Assembly (NCBI GenBank): GCA_039970995.1
Contig: JBDVKW010000015.1
Location: forward strand, 158,772-222,771
DNA from: Fulvivirga sp.
GTDB lineage: Bacteria > Bacteroidota > Bacteroidia > Cytophagales > Cyclobacteriaceae
DNA length: 64,000 bases
Reading direction: 5' to 3'
A program made the position numbers and the translations under genes. Positions 1-9,764 of the stretch are shown one piece after another. The notes beneath the pieces were generated by a model. It made no database searches and was not told the DNA's origin. It saw nothing but the letters and a program-made list of their open reading frames with translations. Each line of letters begins with the position of its first letter. The first letter of the stretch is position 1.

Positions 1-1449
1 CTTGCTATTGCCACAGGACTAGGTTTATCATTAGGCATTCTGATTAGTAAAAAGCAAAAGTTGGCTTCTCCTGTCATCACTTTTGTAAATGCCATCCAAA
101 CGATTCCAAGCATTGCATTACTCGGCTTTTTACTACCGCTATTAGGCATTGGTGTAGTACCTGCCATCGTTGCCTTGTTTCTTTATGCACTACTGCCCAT
201 TGTAAGAAATACCTATACAGGTATTCATGAAATTGATCCTGCCGTAAAAGAGTCTGCCATCGGTATGGGTATGAACCCCAGCCAACTTCTTAAAAAAGTA
301 GAATTGCCTTTAGCTATGCCAGTGATTTTTGCCGGGATCAGAACGGCCTTCGTGATTAATGTCGGTGTTGCCACACTTTGTGCACTGATAGCGGCAGGCG
401 GATTGGGTGAGTTTATTTTTAGGGGCCTAAGCACTAATAATCCACATATGATCATGGCGGGGGCTTTGCCAGCGGCACTGATGGCACTATTGTTTGATTG
501 GCTGATGAGTAAACTTGAAAAAAGGATTAACCAATGGATAAAACCGCTACTGATACTCACCACAGTTATTTTAATAAGTGTTATTATTCATCAGGTCTGG
601 CCTACTTCTAAGCGTCAATTAAAAGCAGGCTTTCCCTCAGAGTTTATTGAGCGTGGTGATGGCTACCGAGGACTTCAAAAAGCATATAATCTAAGTCTGG
701 ATGTAAATGAGATGGAAATTGGCCTGATGTATGATGCTGTAAAAAACGGAGATGTAGATGTGATAAGTGGCTTTTCTACAGATGGACGCATCAAAGCATA
801 TGATTTGGTAAGTCTTATTGATAATAAAAACTATTTTCCTCCATACCATGCCGCTCCTATTGTCAGGCAGGAGGTAATAGAACAACACGGGGATGTGATT
901 GAAAGTCTCAATTTATTGTCAGGCCTGGTGAGTGATGTAGAAATGGCTGAAATGAATTTTCAAGTTGACCAACAACGTAAAGGTTTTGAAGAAGTAGCAC
1001 GAGAGTTTTTGAGCAACAAAGGTTTTTCTCTTGTTGAAAGTCGTGAAGGATCTGATGTTATCATAGGCTCCAAGAATTTTACGGAGAGCTTTATACTGGC
1101 TCACCTATTCAAACTTATTATCGAAGCGCACACTTCAAAATCCGTTGATCTCAAGTTAGGGTTTGGTGGCACAAAATTACTTTTCGATGCTTTAAATACG
1201 GGTGCGGTTGATGTGTATCCGGAATATACTGGAACCGGTCTGCTGGTGATTCTCAAACAAAGTAATTTGGATGAGGTTGTATATAATAAAGATTCTGTCT
1301 ATCAATATGTACAAAATAAGTTTAACAAAAACTACAACCTGCACTGGCTACAACCTCTTGGCTTCAACAATACGTTTGCATTAATGATGAGAAGAGAAGA
1401 TGCTGAGCAAAGAGGAATTAAAAATATAAGTGATTTGAATGGCTATTAA
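1..1449 (+). CDS. Osmoprotectant (glycine betaine/choline-type) ABC transporter, fused permease + substrate-binding domain; 5' end outside window
   Basis: Frame 1 is open from base 1 (LAIATGLGLSLG...), so the track start at 61 (TTG) is internal. N-half is a multi-TM permease with an EAA-type loop (ESAIGMGMNPSQLLKKVELPLAMP). C-half is an OpuAC/ProX-like binding domain (DVISGFSTDGRI, VDVYPEYTGTGL). Stop TAA 1447-1449. Confidence 0.85.
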   Translation, partial: LAIATGLGLSLGILISKKQKLASPVITFVNAIQTIPSIALLGFLLPLLGIGVVPAIVALFLYALLPIVRNTYTGIHEIDPAVKESAIGMGMNPSQLLKKVELPLAMPVIFAGIRTAFVINVGVATLCALIAAGGLGEFIFRGLSTNNPHMIMAGALPAALMALLFDWLMSKLEKRINQWIKPLLILTTVILISVIIHQVWPTSKRQLKAGFPSEFIERGDGYRGLQKAYNLSLDVNEMEIGLMYDAVKNGDVDVISGFSTDGRIKAYDLVSLIDNKNYFPPYHAAPIVRQEVIEQHGDVIESLNLLSGLVSDVEMAEMNFQVDQQRKGFEEVAREFLSNKGFSLVESREGSDVIIGSKNFTESFILAHLFKLIIEAHTSKSVDLKLGFGGTKLLFDALNTGAVDVYPEYTGTGLLVILKQSNLDEVVYNKDSVYQYVQNKFNKNYNLHWLQPLGFNNTFALMMRREDAEQRGIKNISDLNGY

Positions 1450-1503
1450 CTTCCAACTTTTTGTGTTAGCCGTGTGTCTGGTAAGAAAAGGAGATTTAAA
1501 GAG

Positions 1504-1899
1504 ATGAAAAACCTATTTGTAGCAGCGTTAATAGTTCTGACTGGGTGTAGCGCTGATGATTGCTGTAACCTTCCAAGTGAAACAGATCCTTATCAGATTA
1601 AAGATGTAAAAATTTCAGAAGATCATACACTGCTTGTAGAAGTTGCTTATTCCGGAGGTTGCCAAGAACACTCCTTCGAAATTGAGTGGCCTGAAGCCAT
1701 TACCGCTATCTATCCACCTAATTTTTCTGTAGTGCTCTATCATGATGCCAATGGTGATAATTGTGAGGCATTTATAACAGAAACATTAGAGTTTAGCTTT
1801 GATGATAGCAACCTTGGTCTTTCCGATGAAGCTATACAGGATATGACTATTACTGTAATTAATGCCTCTAATACTTCACAACAAGTATCAAATAAATAG
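1504..1899 (+). CDS. Small lipoprotein, unknown function
   Basis: ATG at 1504 gives MKNLFVAALIVLTGCSADD (signal peptide + lipobox Cys). The track start 1474 is an upstream GTG. No family recognised. Confidence 0.6.
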   Translation: MKNLFVAALIVLTGCSADDCCNLPSETDPYQIKDVKISEDHTLLVEVAYSGGCQEHSFEIEWPEAITAIYPPNFSVVLYHDANGDNCEAFITETLEFSFDDSNLGLSDEAIQDMTITVINASNTSQQVSNK

Positions 1900-1919
1900 C
1901 TGTTATATAAAGTTTACAA

Positions 1920-2486
1920 CTAATTAATTATTTGCCCGGAAGCACTCCCTTCAAATGTACCATTGATATCATTTACATGACCTTCTATAAAGTAGCTTAT
2001 AGACATAATACCTTCACTGATGGTTCCTTCAATTTTTGTTTCGCACACCCAGTATTGGTTTGGAGTTGACCCATCAAAAAGGACGGCCATCTCGAAGTCC
2101 AGGTTTCTGATAACAAAAGTGTTTTCTTCAATAGTTACTATCTGAGCATCGTCAATGGTCACATTGATGAATATTTCACTTCCAAAATATTCATAGTAGC
2201 CTGTCAGTGTCTCCTCTAAAAAGTCTTCAGCCTCAATGGTCATTTGGTTGGTGTTCAAGGACTGGTCGAGTGATAGTTCTATGATAGAACTGTTTGTTAA
2301 GTCTAAAGAGGAGCTTACTGTGCCTTGTCTGTATGTAATATCAACTGTATTTATTTCGTATGATCCTACATACTCAAGCCTTGGGTCGGGCTCAACTATA
2401 GGTTCAGGTGTTGGGTCATCGTCATTAGAACATGATACCAAAGCCAAATAAGCCACGAGGAGAACAATTGTGCGATAATTTTTCAT
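1920..2486 (-). CDS. Lipoprotein, unknown function
   Basis: MKNYRTIVLLVAYLALVSCSNDDD lipobox; uninterrupted 188 codons; ATG (cat 2484-2486). Confidence 0.6.
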   Translation of the reverse strand: MKNYRTIVLLVAYLALVSCSNDDDPTPEPIVEPDPRLEYVGSYEINTVDITYRQGTVSSSLDLTNSSIIELSLDQSLNTNQMTIEAEDFLEETLTGYYEYFGSEIFINVTIDDAQIVTIEENTFVIRNLDFEMAVLFDGSTPNQYWVCETKIEGTISEGIMSISYFIEGHVNDINGTFEGSASGQIIN

Positions 2487-2549
2487 AATAGTAAGGAGTT
2501 ATTGAAAGCACAACAGACGAATAAATATAACAGATATAAGCGAAATTTA

Positions 2550-3662
2550 CTATTTGCAAAACTCCTTGATCGAATCTGCGGCATCTTCAGACCCTAATTC
2601 CACAGCGGTATTGAGGTCCAGGCAGCCATCGTAGTTGTCTCCCTTGCTAATCTTGGCCAGACCTCGCTGATGGAAAGTCTCAGGGTCGTTAGGAAACAGC
2701 TCGATGCTGTAAGAATAATCTTTTACGGCCTCACTGTACTTTTCTACAGCGGCATAGGCCAGTGCTCTATTGTCGTAGTAAACAGGATTAAATTCATCGA
2801 TAGAAATGGCCTTGGTGTAGTCTTCTATAGCCTCATCATATTGCTCAAGGTTGTACCTGATCACACCTCGCAAATTGTACGTATCAGGGTCTTCATCAAA
2901 CAGCTCTATAGACTTTGTGTAATCTGCCAGTGCTCCCTCCAGGTTTTCCATAGAGCTTTTAGCCAACGCACGGTTTTCATATTTCACAGGATCTTCAGGA
3001 TCCATCGATATGGCCTTGTCATAGTCTTTGATTGCCTCTTCTATCTGACCGATATTGTACTTTGCCACACCACGATAATTATAGACATCCGCATCGTCAC
3101 CATCCAGTGTTAAGGCCTTGTTGTAGTCATCAATCGAACTGATAAACTCTTCCAACTCTGCTTTTACTACGGCACGATTAAAGAACTTATCACCATCTTT
3201 TGGATCTAGCTCAATGGCTTTCGAGAAATCGAAATAGGCACCTTGTAGGTCTTCCAGGTTGTATTTGGCAAAACCTCTGTTGTTGTAAGCATCCGCAAAA
3301 TCGCTTTTATACTTTATGGCTTTATCATAATCTTCAATGGCTCCATAATCATCTCCCAGGTTAAATTTGGACTCCCCACGATTGTTGAGCGCCACGGCAT
3401 AAGTACTGTCGATGTCAAGGGCAAAATTATAATCACCAATGGCTCCATAGAAGTTACCCAATTGGTTCTTAGCAAAGCCACGCTGGTTAAAGGCTTCTTT
3501 ATTTTTAGCGTTACCATCAATCACTTTTGTGAAATGGGCAACTGCTTCCTTATACTCACCATTTTCAAGGCTTTGCATGCCTTGCTCATAATCGGTTTGT
3601 GCCTGAATCGATAAGCCTAAACTTATAAACAACAACGTGAATAGGTATTTCATAATTTGCAT
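2550..3662 (-). CDS. Secreted tetratricopeptide (TPR) repeat protein
   Basis: Signal peptide, then about ten consecutive 34-aa units with the recurring pattern A..YN.RG.AK..LG.Y..AI.DY.KAI.LDP. Alternative start M4 at 3653. Confidence 0.85.
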   Translation of the reverse strand: MQIMKYLFTLLFISLGLSIQAQTDYEQGMQSLENGEYKEAVAHFTKVIDGNAKNKEAFNQRGFAKNQLGNFYGAIGDYNFALDIDSTYAVALNNRGESKFNLGDDYGAIEDYDKAIKYKSDFADAYNNRGFAKYNLEDLQGAYFDFSKAIELDPKDGDKFFNRAVVKAELEEFISSIDDYNKALTLDGDDADVYNYRGVAKYNIGQIEEAIKDYDKAISMDPEDPVKYENRALAKSSMENLEGALADYTKSIELFDEDPDTYNLRGVIRYNLEQYDEAIEDYTKAISIDEFNPVYYDNRALAYAAVEKYSEAVKDYSYSIELFPNDPETFHQRGLAKISKGDNYDGCLDLNTAVELGSEDAADSIKEFCK

Positions 3663-3815
3663 GTGGTTCTGACCAAATATAGAGTTATTTCATGATATTA
3701 GGAAAGAACCATTCTTAACCATTTTTAGCCTTTGATAAGCCAACAGTCACATACAAAGCTTAACTTAAACCTTTGACTACTGGTATCGTTTACTTTTTTC
3801 AAACCAACCTAACTT

Positions 3816-4928
3816 ATGAAAAGAATTTTGACTCTTGGTCTAGTGGCCATTGCTTTTATTACTTGTCAGGCGCAGGAAACACCTTCCTCAGATGAGCAAA
3901 TTATGGACTGGGAAAAGTATGATCCCCCATCAACACTTGTGGTGCCTGAAACTATCGTAAAAAGTGCTAAATACCCTTTTATCGATGTTCACAATCATCA
4001 ATTTAGTATGCCCACCCAAGATTTAAGTGTAACGTTAGCCGAAATGGATAAACTCAATATGGCCGTAATGGTCAATCTGAGTGGACGAGGCCGAGGCTCT
4101 GAAGAGCACTTAAAAGGCTCAATAAATAATGCGAAAGAAAATGCACCGAATCGATTTATCGTTTTTACTAATATTGATATCAGCTCAATTAATGATAAAA
4201 ACTGGACGGAAAATACAGTTGCTCAAATTCAAAACGACTTCGAACTGGGTGCCAGAGGCCTGAAGATTTATAAAAGTCAAACGATGTCTGTAATTGATGA
4301 CGAGCGTATTTCCATCGATGATGAAAGGATCGACCCGGTTTGGGCGAAATGCGGAGAGTTAGGTATCCCTGTTTTGATACATGCGGCTGACCCTGCTCCT
4401 TTTTGGGAGCCACATGATGAGAACAACGAGCGTTGGTTGGAGCTCAAAGTAAGATCAAGAAGAAAGCGCTCGGATACGGATCCTGCACCTTGGCAAACCA
4501 TCATAGATGAACAACACAACATTTTTAGAAAGCATCCGAATACCAAATTCATCAACGCCCACCTGGGCTGGTATGCTAATGATCTGGGCAAATTAGGTAA
4601 ACTCATGGATGAGTTTCCTAACATGTACAGTGAAATTGGAGCAGTGATTGCAGAATTGGGTCGTCAACCGCGTATGGCCAAGGCGTTTCTTACCAAGTAT
4701 CAGGATCGTGTAATGTTTGGTAAAGACTCATGGAACCCGGAAGAGTATTATACTTACTTCAGAGTGCTGGAAACTGCCGATGAATATTTTCCATACTATA
4801 AAAGATACCATGCCTTTTGGAGAATGTACGGACTGGATCTGTCGGATGAGGTTTTGAAGAAACTATATTATAAAAACGCACTGAACGTTATACCGGGTAT
4901 CGATAAATCATTGTTTCCAGCTGACTAG
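3816..4928 (+). CDS. Secreted metal-dependent amidohydrolase-family (TIM-barrel) hydrolase
   Basis: Signal peptide MKRILTLGLVAIAFITCQAQ; HxH metal motif FIDVHNH; later VLIHAAD and INAHLG, typical of the amidohydrolase_2 fold. Confidence 0.75.
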   Translation: MKRILTLGLVAIAFITCQAQETPSSDEQIMDWEKYDPPSTLVVPETIVKSAKYPFIDVHNHQFSMPTQDLSVTLAEMDKLNMAVMVNLSGRGRGSEEHLKGSINNAKENAPNRFIVFTNIDISSINDKNWTENTVAQIQNDFELGARGLKIYKSQTMSVIDDERISIDDERIDPVWAKCGELGIPVLIHAADPAPFWEPHDENNERWLELKVRSRRKRSDTDPAPWQTIIDEQHNIFRKHPNTKFINAHLGWYANDLGKLGKLMDEFPNMYSEIGAVIAELGRQPRMAKAFLTKYQDRVMFGKDSWNPEEYYTYFRVLETADEYFPYYKRYHAFWRMYGLDLSDEVLKKLYYKNALNVIPGIDKSLFPAD

Positions 4929-4929
4929 A

Positions 4930-5559
4930 TTAAGGAAGAAATTCCAATGATTTTTTCTGGTTGAGCATCCACCCGGTGATACTATACCTGGGCTGGATGC
5001 ATTTAATTACTTCATGCTCTATTTCTGAAGACACAAAGCAGGCAAGTCTTCCAGCCAGGGGCATTACATCTTTATAGCCTTCCGGCAGATACATGCGTAA
5101 ATGTCCACCGTATTCGCTTTTCCAATTTTCGTTGAGGTAACATATAAATGAAATTTTGCGGTTGCCGGTATCTCTAAATTGATCTAAATGTCGCTTATAG
5201 AATGATCCGGCAGGATAAATCGTAAAGTGTGATTCATAGTCTTGAATACCGAGGTAGCAGGTTTCATTGAGATACTTGATCAGGTCATCAATTTTACTCA
5301 AATATCCTTGAACAGGTGCAAAGGCATGGTTTGGGTCAATCCATTTGATGTAATCACCTCGAATTGTAGTATCGAGTTGGTGCTCATCGGCTTTTCCAAT
5401 ACCAGCTTTTTTAAACCTATCCTGGTCTTTGTGAATTTCAAAGATGGTTTTTATCTCACGTACCTCACGGAATGTTAAAAAATCATCCTGAATGGCAAAA
5501 CCCTGTGTCGCCAAACTGTCAGCGATGCTTTCAAGCCAGGTATTGGTATGTAATTTCAT
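4930..5559 (-). CDS. 2OG-Fe(II) oxygenase (prolyl 4-hydroxylase-like)
   Basis: YPAGSFYKRHLD (His-x-Asp) plus distal His in SSEIEHEV, giving a facial-triad pattern; 209 aa. Tail-to-tail with the previous gene, 1-nt gap. Confidence 0.75.
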   Translation of the reverse strand: MKLHTNTWLESIADSLATQGFAIQDDFLTFREVREIKTIFEIHKDQDRFKKAGIGKADEHQLDTTIRGDYIKWIDPNHAFAPVQGYLSKIDDLIKYLNETCYLGIQDYESHFTIYPAGSFYKRHLDQFRDTGNRKISFICYLNENWKSEYGGHLRMYLPEGYKDVMPLAGRLACFVSSEIEHEVIKCIQPRYSITGWMLNQKKSLEFLP

Positions 5560-5650
5560 TTGTCAATACAAATATAATTTTCACACACATCATTTTGGTA
5601 TGATTATCGTTAGTTTGTAACAAATATTGATTTACACAGTCTCTCAACTA

Positions 5651-6100
5651 ATGCGCATACTTTCATTCCTGATTATATCACTTCTTGTCGTCTCATGCTC
5701 AAGACCTGAAGAGCCACCTGTTTTTAAAGGGGTGAACAATATAAAAGTAAATCGTGTAGAGGGCACAAAGGCGTTTGTAAATGCTGATGCATATTTTCAC
5801 AACCCTAATGATGTGCGCATGAAGCTGAAAAGTGTAGATGTTGGCGTACACCTGGATGGCAAACCCGTAGGTGTTATCAACCAGTCGTTAAAAACAAGAA
5901 TTCCTGCAAATGCTGATTTTAAAGTCCCTTTGGATGCCACTTTTGACCTGAAAGATACGGGCATGTTAAAAAATATTTTAAGTATGCTCGGAGGCAAAAA
6001 GCGTACTGTACGATATGTGGGTTATATTAAAGTGGCTGTTCATGGCGTTACCGTTCGCGTTCCGGTTGATTATTCATCTGAGGTTCAGATTAAACTCTAG
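5651..6100 (+). CDS. LEA type-2 / NDR1-HIN1-like lipoprotein
   Basis: ATG at 5651 gives MRILSFLIISLLVVSCSRPE (lipobox); the track start 5627 is TTG. Body resembles the LEA_2 beta-sandwich (VNADAYFHNPNDVRMKLKSVDVGVHLDGKPVG). Confidence 0.55.
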   Translation: MRILSFLIISLLVVSCSRPEEPPVFKGVNNIKVNRVEGTKAFVNADAYFHNPNDVRMKLKSVDVGVHLDGKPVGVINQSLKTRIPANADFKVPLDATFDLKDTGMLKNILSMLGGKKRTVRYVGYIKVAVHGVTVRVPVDYSSEVQIKL

Positions 6101-7383
6101 TCTCTGAGTACAAACTCTACCCTTCTGTTTCTTGCTCGGCCAAAATCGTGGTTATTGCTTTGTAAAGGTTGAGATTCACCAAAATACTGTATGGTAATTT
6201 TATTCGGTGAGACGCCTAATTCTCTAAGCATGTTGGCTACGGCTTCTGCTCGTCTTTGTGAAAGCGTCATGTTATAGTGATCCGAACCGAAATTATCGGT
6301 GTGTCCTTTGATTAAAATTTCTTTTTCGGGCGCTTCCATCCATTGGTTAAAGACATACTGGATAGTACTTGCTCCTTTTTGGCTGATTAACGCCTTATCG
6401 AATTCAAATTCCACATTTGCAATCGCAATTTTTTTATCAATGCTTCTTGTGTTAATTGACGCGATTTCCTGAGGCTTTGTTTTTTCAATGAACTCGGGTG
6501 TAGGTATTTTTTTATTAAAATGATCATCGACTTCGACCACTTGTCGCCCGGAACTTGAGAAAGTGCCTGCTTTCAGAAAAACCCCTGAGTCTAAGATACC
6601 ATCACCCACATCAGAAATAGCGATCTTAATGTGGTACACTTCATTGGGAATAACTGTTGCTTTAGCCTGAAGTACGGTAGTAAACCCATCAAATTGTGTA
6701 AAGTATTGAGGAGGCTGCTCTTCCTTTTGATAATTTTCATTGGTGATCACTTTACGATTACGCACATCCCAAATAAAGGGATCAGTGACATTGATATATG
6801 CATTGTCTAAATAGAACTGGCTATTCAACTCATTATTGACTGTATTAACGGTGATTGGAGTTTCTCCATCCGGCAAGGTGGCGATATTGTATTGTTCACC
6901 ACTAGGTGTGGTCACAAAAAAGGCAAACACGTCATTAAATTTACTTCCAACGTATTCCAGGTATTCTTCAGAGGCAAAAATGAACTCAAAACTGAGGTTT
7001 TCTGACATGGTGACAAAGTCAAACTCAAGTATTGAGGCATCATAAGTTTTACCACGCGCAATTTTGTTTAAATCCTCATCTCCGGGAGCGTTACTGGCCC
7101 AGCCAGATCGGGGCGTTTTATTGGGGCCTAAAATATAATAAGCATTACCAGAAGTAAGGATGATACCCTGCTTGATGCCTAATTGACTCGTGCTATCTTC
7201 ATACACACCAATGGCATGTTTCTCACCAGTAAATTTTACATTGCCAATCAGTACACCGGAGCCTAGGAGTATTTCTTCAACAAGATAAGTCGCAGTTTTT
7301 GTCGTATCTACCTGGGCGATTGTAAATGGGCCATTAAGACAGAGCAACACGATACCGATCATGTAAATGCAAGCGGTTTTCAT
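6097..7383 (-). CDS. Outer-membrane-associated protein: choice-of-anchor-L-like N-domain + OmpA C-terminal peptidoglycan-binding domain
   Basis: N-part LVEEILLGSGVLIGNVKFTG...GIILTSGNA; C-part GHTDNFGSDHYNMTLSQRRAEAVANML...RARNRRVEF (OmpA-like). Stop overlaps the convergent gene's stop (CTAG at 6097-6100). Confidence 0.8.
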   Translation of the reverse strand: MKTACIYMIGIVLLCLNGPFTIAQVDTTKTATYLVEEILLGSGVLIGNVKFTGEKHAIGVYEDSTSQLGIKQGIILTSGNAYYILGPNKTPRSGWASNAPGDEDLNKIARGKTYDASILEFDFVTMSENLSFEFIFASEEYLEYVGSKFNDVFAFFVTTPSGEQYNIATLPDGETPITVNTVNNELNSQFYLDNAYINVTDPFIWDVRNRKVITNENYQKEEQPPQYFTQFDGFTTVLQAKATVIPNEVYHIKIAISDVGDGILDSGVFLKAGTFSSSGRQVVEVDDHFNKKIPTPEFIEKTKPQEIASINTRSIDKKIAIANVEFEFDKALISQKGASTIQYVFNQWMEAPEKEILIKGHTDNFGSDHYNMTLSQRRAEAVANMLRELGVSPNKITIQYFGESQPLQSNNHDFGRARNRRVEFVLRD

Positions 7384-7434
7384 TGTGCTGAATGGGTAAA
7401 GTATTAACTTATTGATAGTTAATCAGCTACTACT

Positions 7435-9165
7435 ATGAAAAATAACGCTTTTTTATCAATAATAGGTCTCTTGACCTTGATCATTATCAGTTGCACGGCT
7501 CCTGATGAGCAGAAAATCAAGTTTAATGTATCAATAGATGAGGCGCTGACCAGCGAACCGCAAGATGGTCGTTTGGTATTGCTTTTGTCTACTACAGACG
7601 AACGGGAACCCAGGTTTTTATTAAATGATGGACCGAATACTCAACTGGGCTTTGGTATGGATGTGACAGATTTGTCAACACAAGATAAAGCGGTTTTTGA
7701 TAATGATGCGTTTGGCTATCCGATTATGTCGTTAGATGATGTGCCCCCGGGCAAGTATTATGTACAAGCTTTGCTTAATCGTTATGAAGACTTTGCGCTT
7801 TCTACAGGCCACACTGTTTCTCTTCCTCCTGAGAAAGGAGAAGGCCAGCAATGGAATCGCAAACCGGGTAACTTCTATAGTGAACCTATGGAAATAGAAA
7901 TTACCGCAAATGGAGGTGAATTTGATGTCGTAATGACACAGGAAATACCCAAAATAGAAGATCCTGAGGATACCGAATACATCAAGCATGTAAAAATGAA
8001 AAGTAAACTCCTTTCAGAATTTTGGGGAAGAGATGTGTATTTAGGAGCCAATGTATTGATACCGGAAGGGTTTGATGAACATCCGGAAGCAAAGTATCCG
8101 CTCATGGTATTTCATGGTCACTTTCCTTATGACTTTGGAGGTTTTAGAACCACACCTCCAGACCCTGACATTGAGCCGGACTACAGCGCTCGCTTTGATG
8201 TGGAAGGGTACAACATCATCCAACAACAGGAAGCCTATGATTTCTACAAAAAATGGACAGGTCCGGATTTTCCGAGAATGCTTATCATAGAAATACAACA
8301 TGCCAACCCTTACTATGATGATAGCTATGCGGTAAACTCAGCTAATCTTGGCCCGTATGGTGATGCCATCACTTATGAGTTGATTCCTTTTATAGAAGAG
8401 CAGTTCAGAGGAATAGGCGAAGGTTGGGCCCGTTTTCTGTATGGAGGATCTACAGGCGGTTGGGAAGCATTGGCAGCCCAAGTGTTATATCCCGAAGAGT
8501 ACAACGGATGTTTTGCGGCTTGCCCTGACCCTATTGATTTTAGGGCGTATGTGTCTATGAATTTATATGAAGACAAGAATGCCTATTACTACGAGAGTGA
8601 ATTTAAAAAACCGCTAAGGCCGGGACATAGAGACTACCTGGGTAAAGTAGATGCCTCAGTAAAAGATATGAATTACCGGGAATTGGTTTTGGGCACAAAG
8701 AGTCGCTCTGGGCAACAGTTTGATATTTGGGAAGCTGTGTATTCACCGCAAGGGGAAGATGGCTATCCGCAGCGTATCTGGGATAAACGAAGCGGTGAAA
8801 TTGACCACACAGTTGCAGATTATTGGAAAGAAAACTATGACATGCGTCATATTTTAGCGCGCGATTGGGAAACGCTGGGACCGAAATTGGAGGGTAAAAT
8901 ACATGTATATTGTGGAGATATGGACAACTACTACCTCAACAATGCAGTATACCTGATGGAGAAGTTTTTGGAGTCTACCACCAACCCATACTATGGAGGA
9001 GAAGTAGATTATGGAGATCGAGCCGAGCATTGCTGGAATGGAGACCAGGAAAACCCAAATCATATTTCCAGGCTGCGGTACAACACGATGTATGTGCCTA
9101 AAATATTGAAGCGTATAGAGGAAAGTGCTCCTGAAGGAGCAGATGTAACAAGTTGGAGGTATTAA
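7435..9165 (+). CDS. Lipoprotein with esterase-like (alpha/beta hydrolase) C-terminal region
   Basis: Lipobox LIIISCTAPDE; GxSxG nucleophile-elbow candidate in LYGGSTGGWEALA; 576 aa uninterrupted. Confidence 0.6.
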   Translation: MKNNAFLSIIGLLTLIIISCTAPDEQKIKFNVSIDEALTSEPQDGRLVLLLSTTDEREPRFLLNDGPNTQLGFGMDVTDLSTQDKAVFDNDAFGYPIMSLDDVPPGKYYVQALLNRYEDFALSTGHTVSLPPEKGEGQQWNRKPGNFYSEPMEIEITANGGEFDVVMTQEIPKIEDPEDTEYIKHVKMKSKLLSEFWGRDVYLGANVLIPEGFDEHPEAKYPLMVFHGHFPYDFGGFRTTPPDPDIEPDYSARFDVEGYNIIQQQEAYDFYKKWTGPDFPRMLIIEIQHANPYYDDSYAVNSANLGPYGDAITYELIPFIEEQFRGIGEGWARFLYGGSTGGWEALAAQVLYPEEYNGCFAACPDPIDFRAYVSMNLYEDKNAYYYESEFKKPLRPGHRDYLGKVDASVKDMNYRELVLGTKSRSGQQFDIWEAVYSPQGEDGYPQRIWDKRSGEIDHTVADYWKENYDMRHILARDWETLGPKLEGKIHVYCGDMDNYYLNNAVYLMEKFLESTTNPYYGGEVDYGDRAEHCWNGDQENPNHISRLRYNTMYVPKILKRIEESAPEGADVTSWRY

Positions 9166-9284
9166 TTGATCGGCATTTAATGCAGTTCGACTGAAGATTT
9201 GTTCACTAGTCGTGTGCAGGTTGTGAGATCGGTAGGGCAGCTGTATACTTGTATCAATTAAAGCCAACTATAGACAACGATTAA

Positions 9285-9316
9285 CCCCATGAGCCTAGGT
9301 GCCCATGGGGTTTTTT
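9285..9316 (+). terminator. Rho-independent terminator downstream of 7435..9165
   Basis: Stem CCCCATG (9285-9291) / CATGGGG (9304-9310) followed by TTTTTT (9311-9316). Confidence 0.7.
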
Positions 9317-9317
9317 G

Positions 9318-9764
9318 TTACTTCTGTGACAGATACTTTAATATCTCAATAACCTGATCTTCATTTCGTGCAACAGCCATCGCCTGAGCGTCTACTTCTT
9401 TTAGCGCATGGGTAAAGTCTTCCGGATGGATAACGATGTATGACTTGCCAAGTGCTGCAGCATAACCCGCATCAAAGGCAGCGTTCCATTGGCGGTATTG
9501 CTCACCAAACTTAATAATCACAATATCAGCAGCTTCTATGCCTTGTTTGATTCTAATGCTGTTAATTTTGGCCGCTTTATGGTCTTTCCAATAAGCTTGA
9601 TCTTCATCTCCCAGGGCATCAACACCAATATTGTCACTAGCCGAATGGTCGGTGACAGGCGTAAGAAACTCAATAGGCAAATTAAGCTTTTCTGCATCCC
9701 TAATTATTTTCTCCCTCCAATCAGAGTGGATTTCCCCGGACAAGTAAATAGTAAAATGCATCAT
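9318..9764 (-). CDS. YtoQ family protein (nucleoside 2-deoxyribosyltransferase-like fold, function unknown)
   Basis: 148 aa; N-terminus MMHFTIYLSGEIHSDWREKII is characteristic of the YtoQ family. Its start overlaps the hutF stop (ATGA, 9761-9764). Confidence 0.75.
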   Translation of the reverse strand: MMHFTIYLSGEIHSDWREKIIRDAEKLNLPIEFLTPVTDHSASDNIGVDALGDEDQAYWKDHKAAKINSIRIKQGIEAADIVIIKFGEQYRQWNAAFDAGYAAALGKSYIVIHPEDFTHALKEVDAQAMAVARNEDQVIEILKYLSQK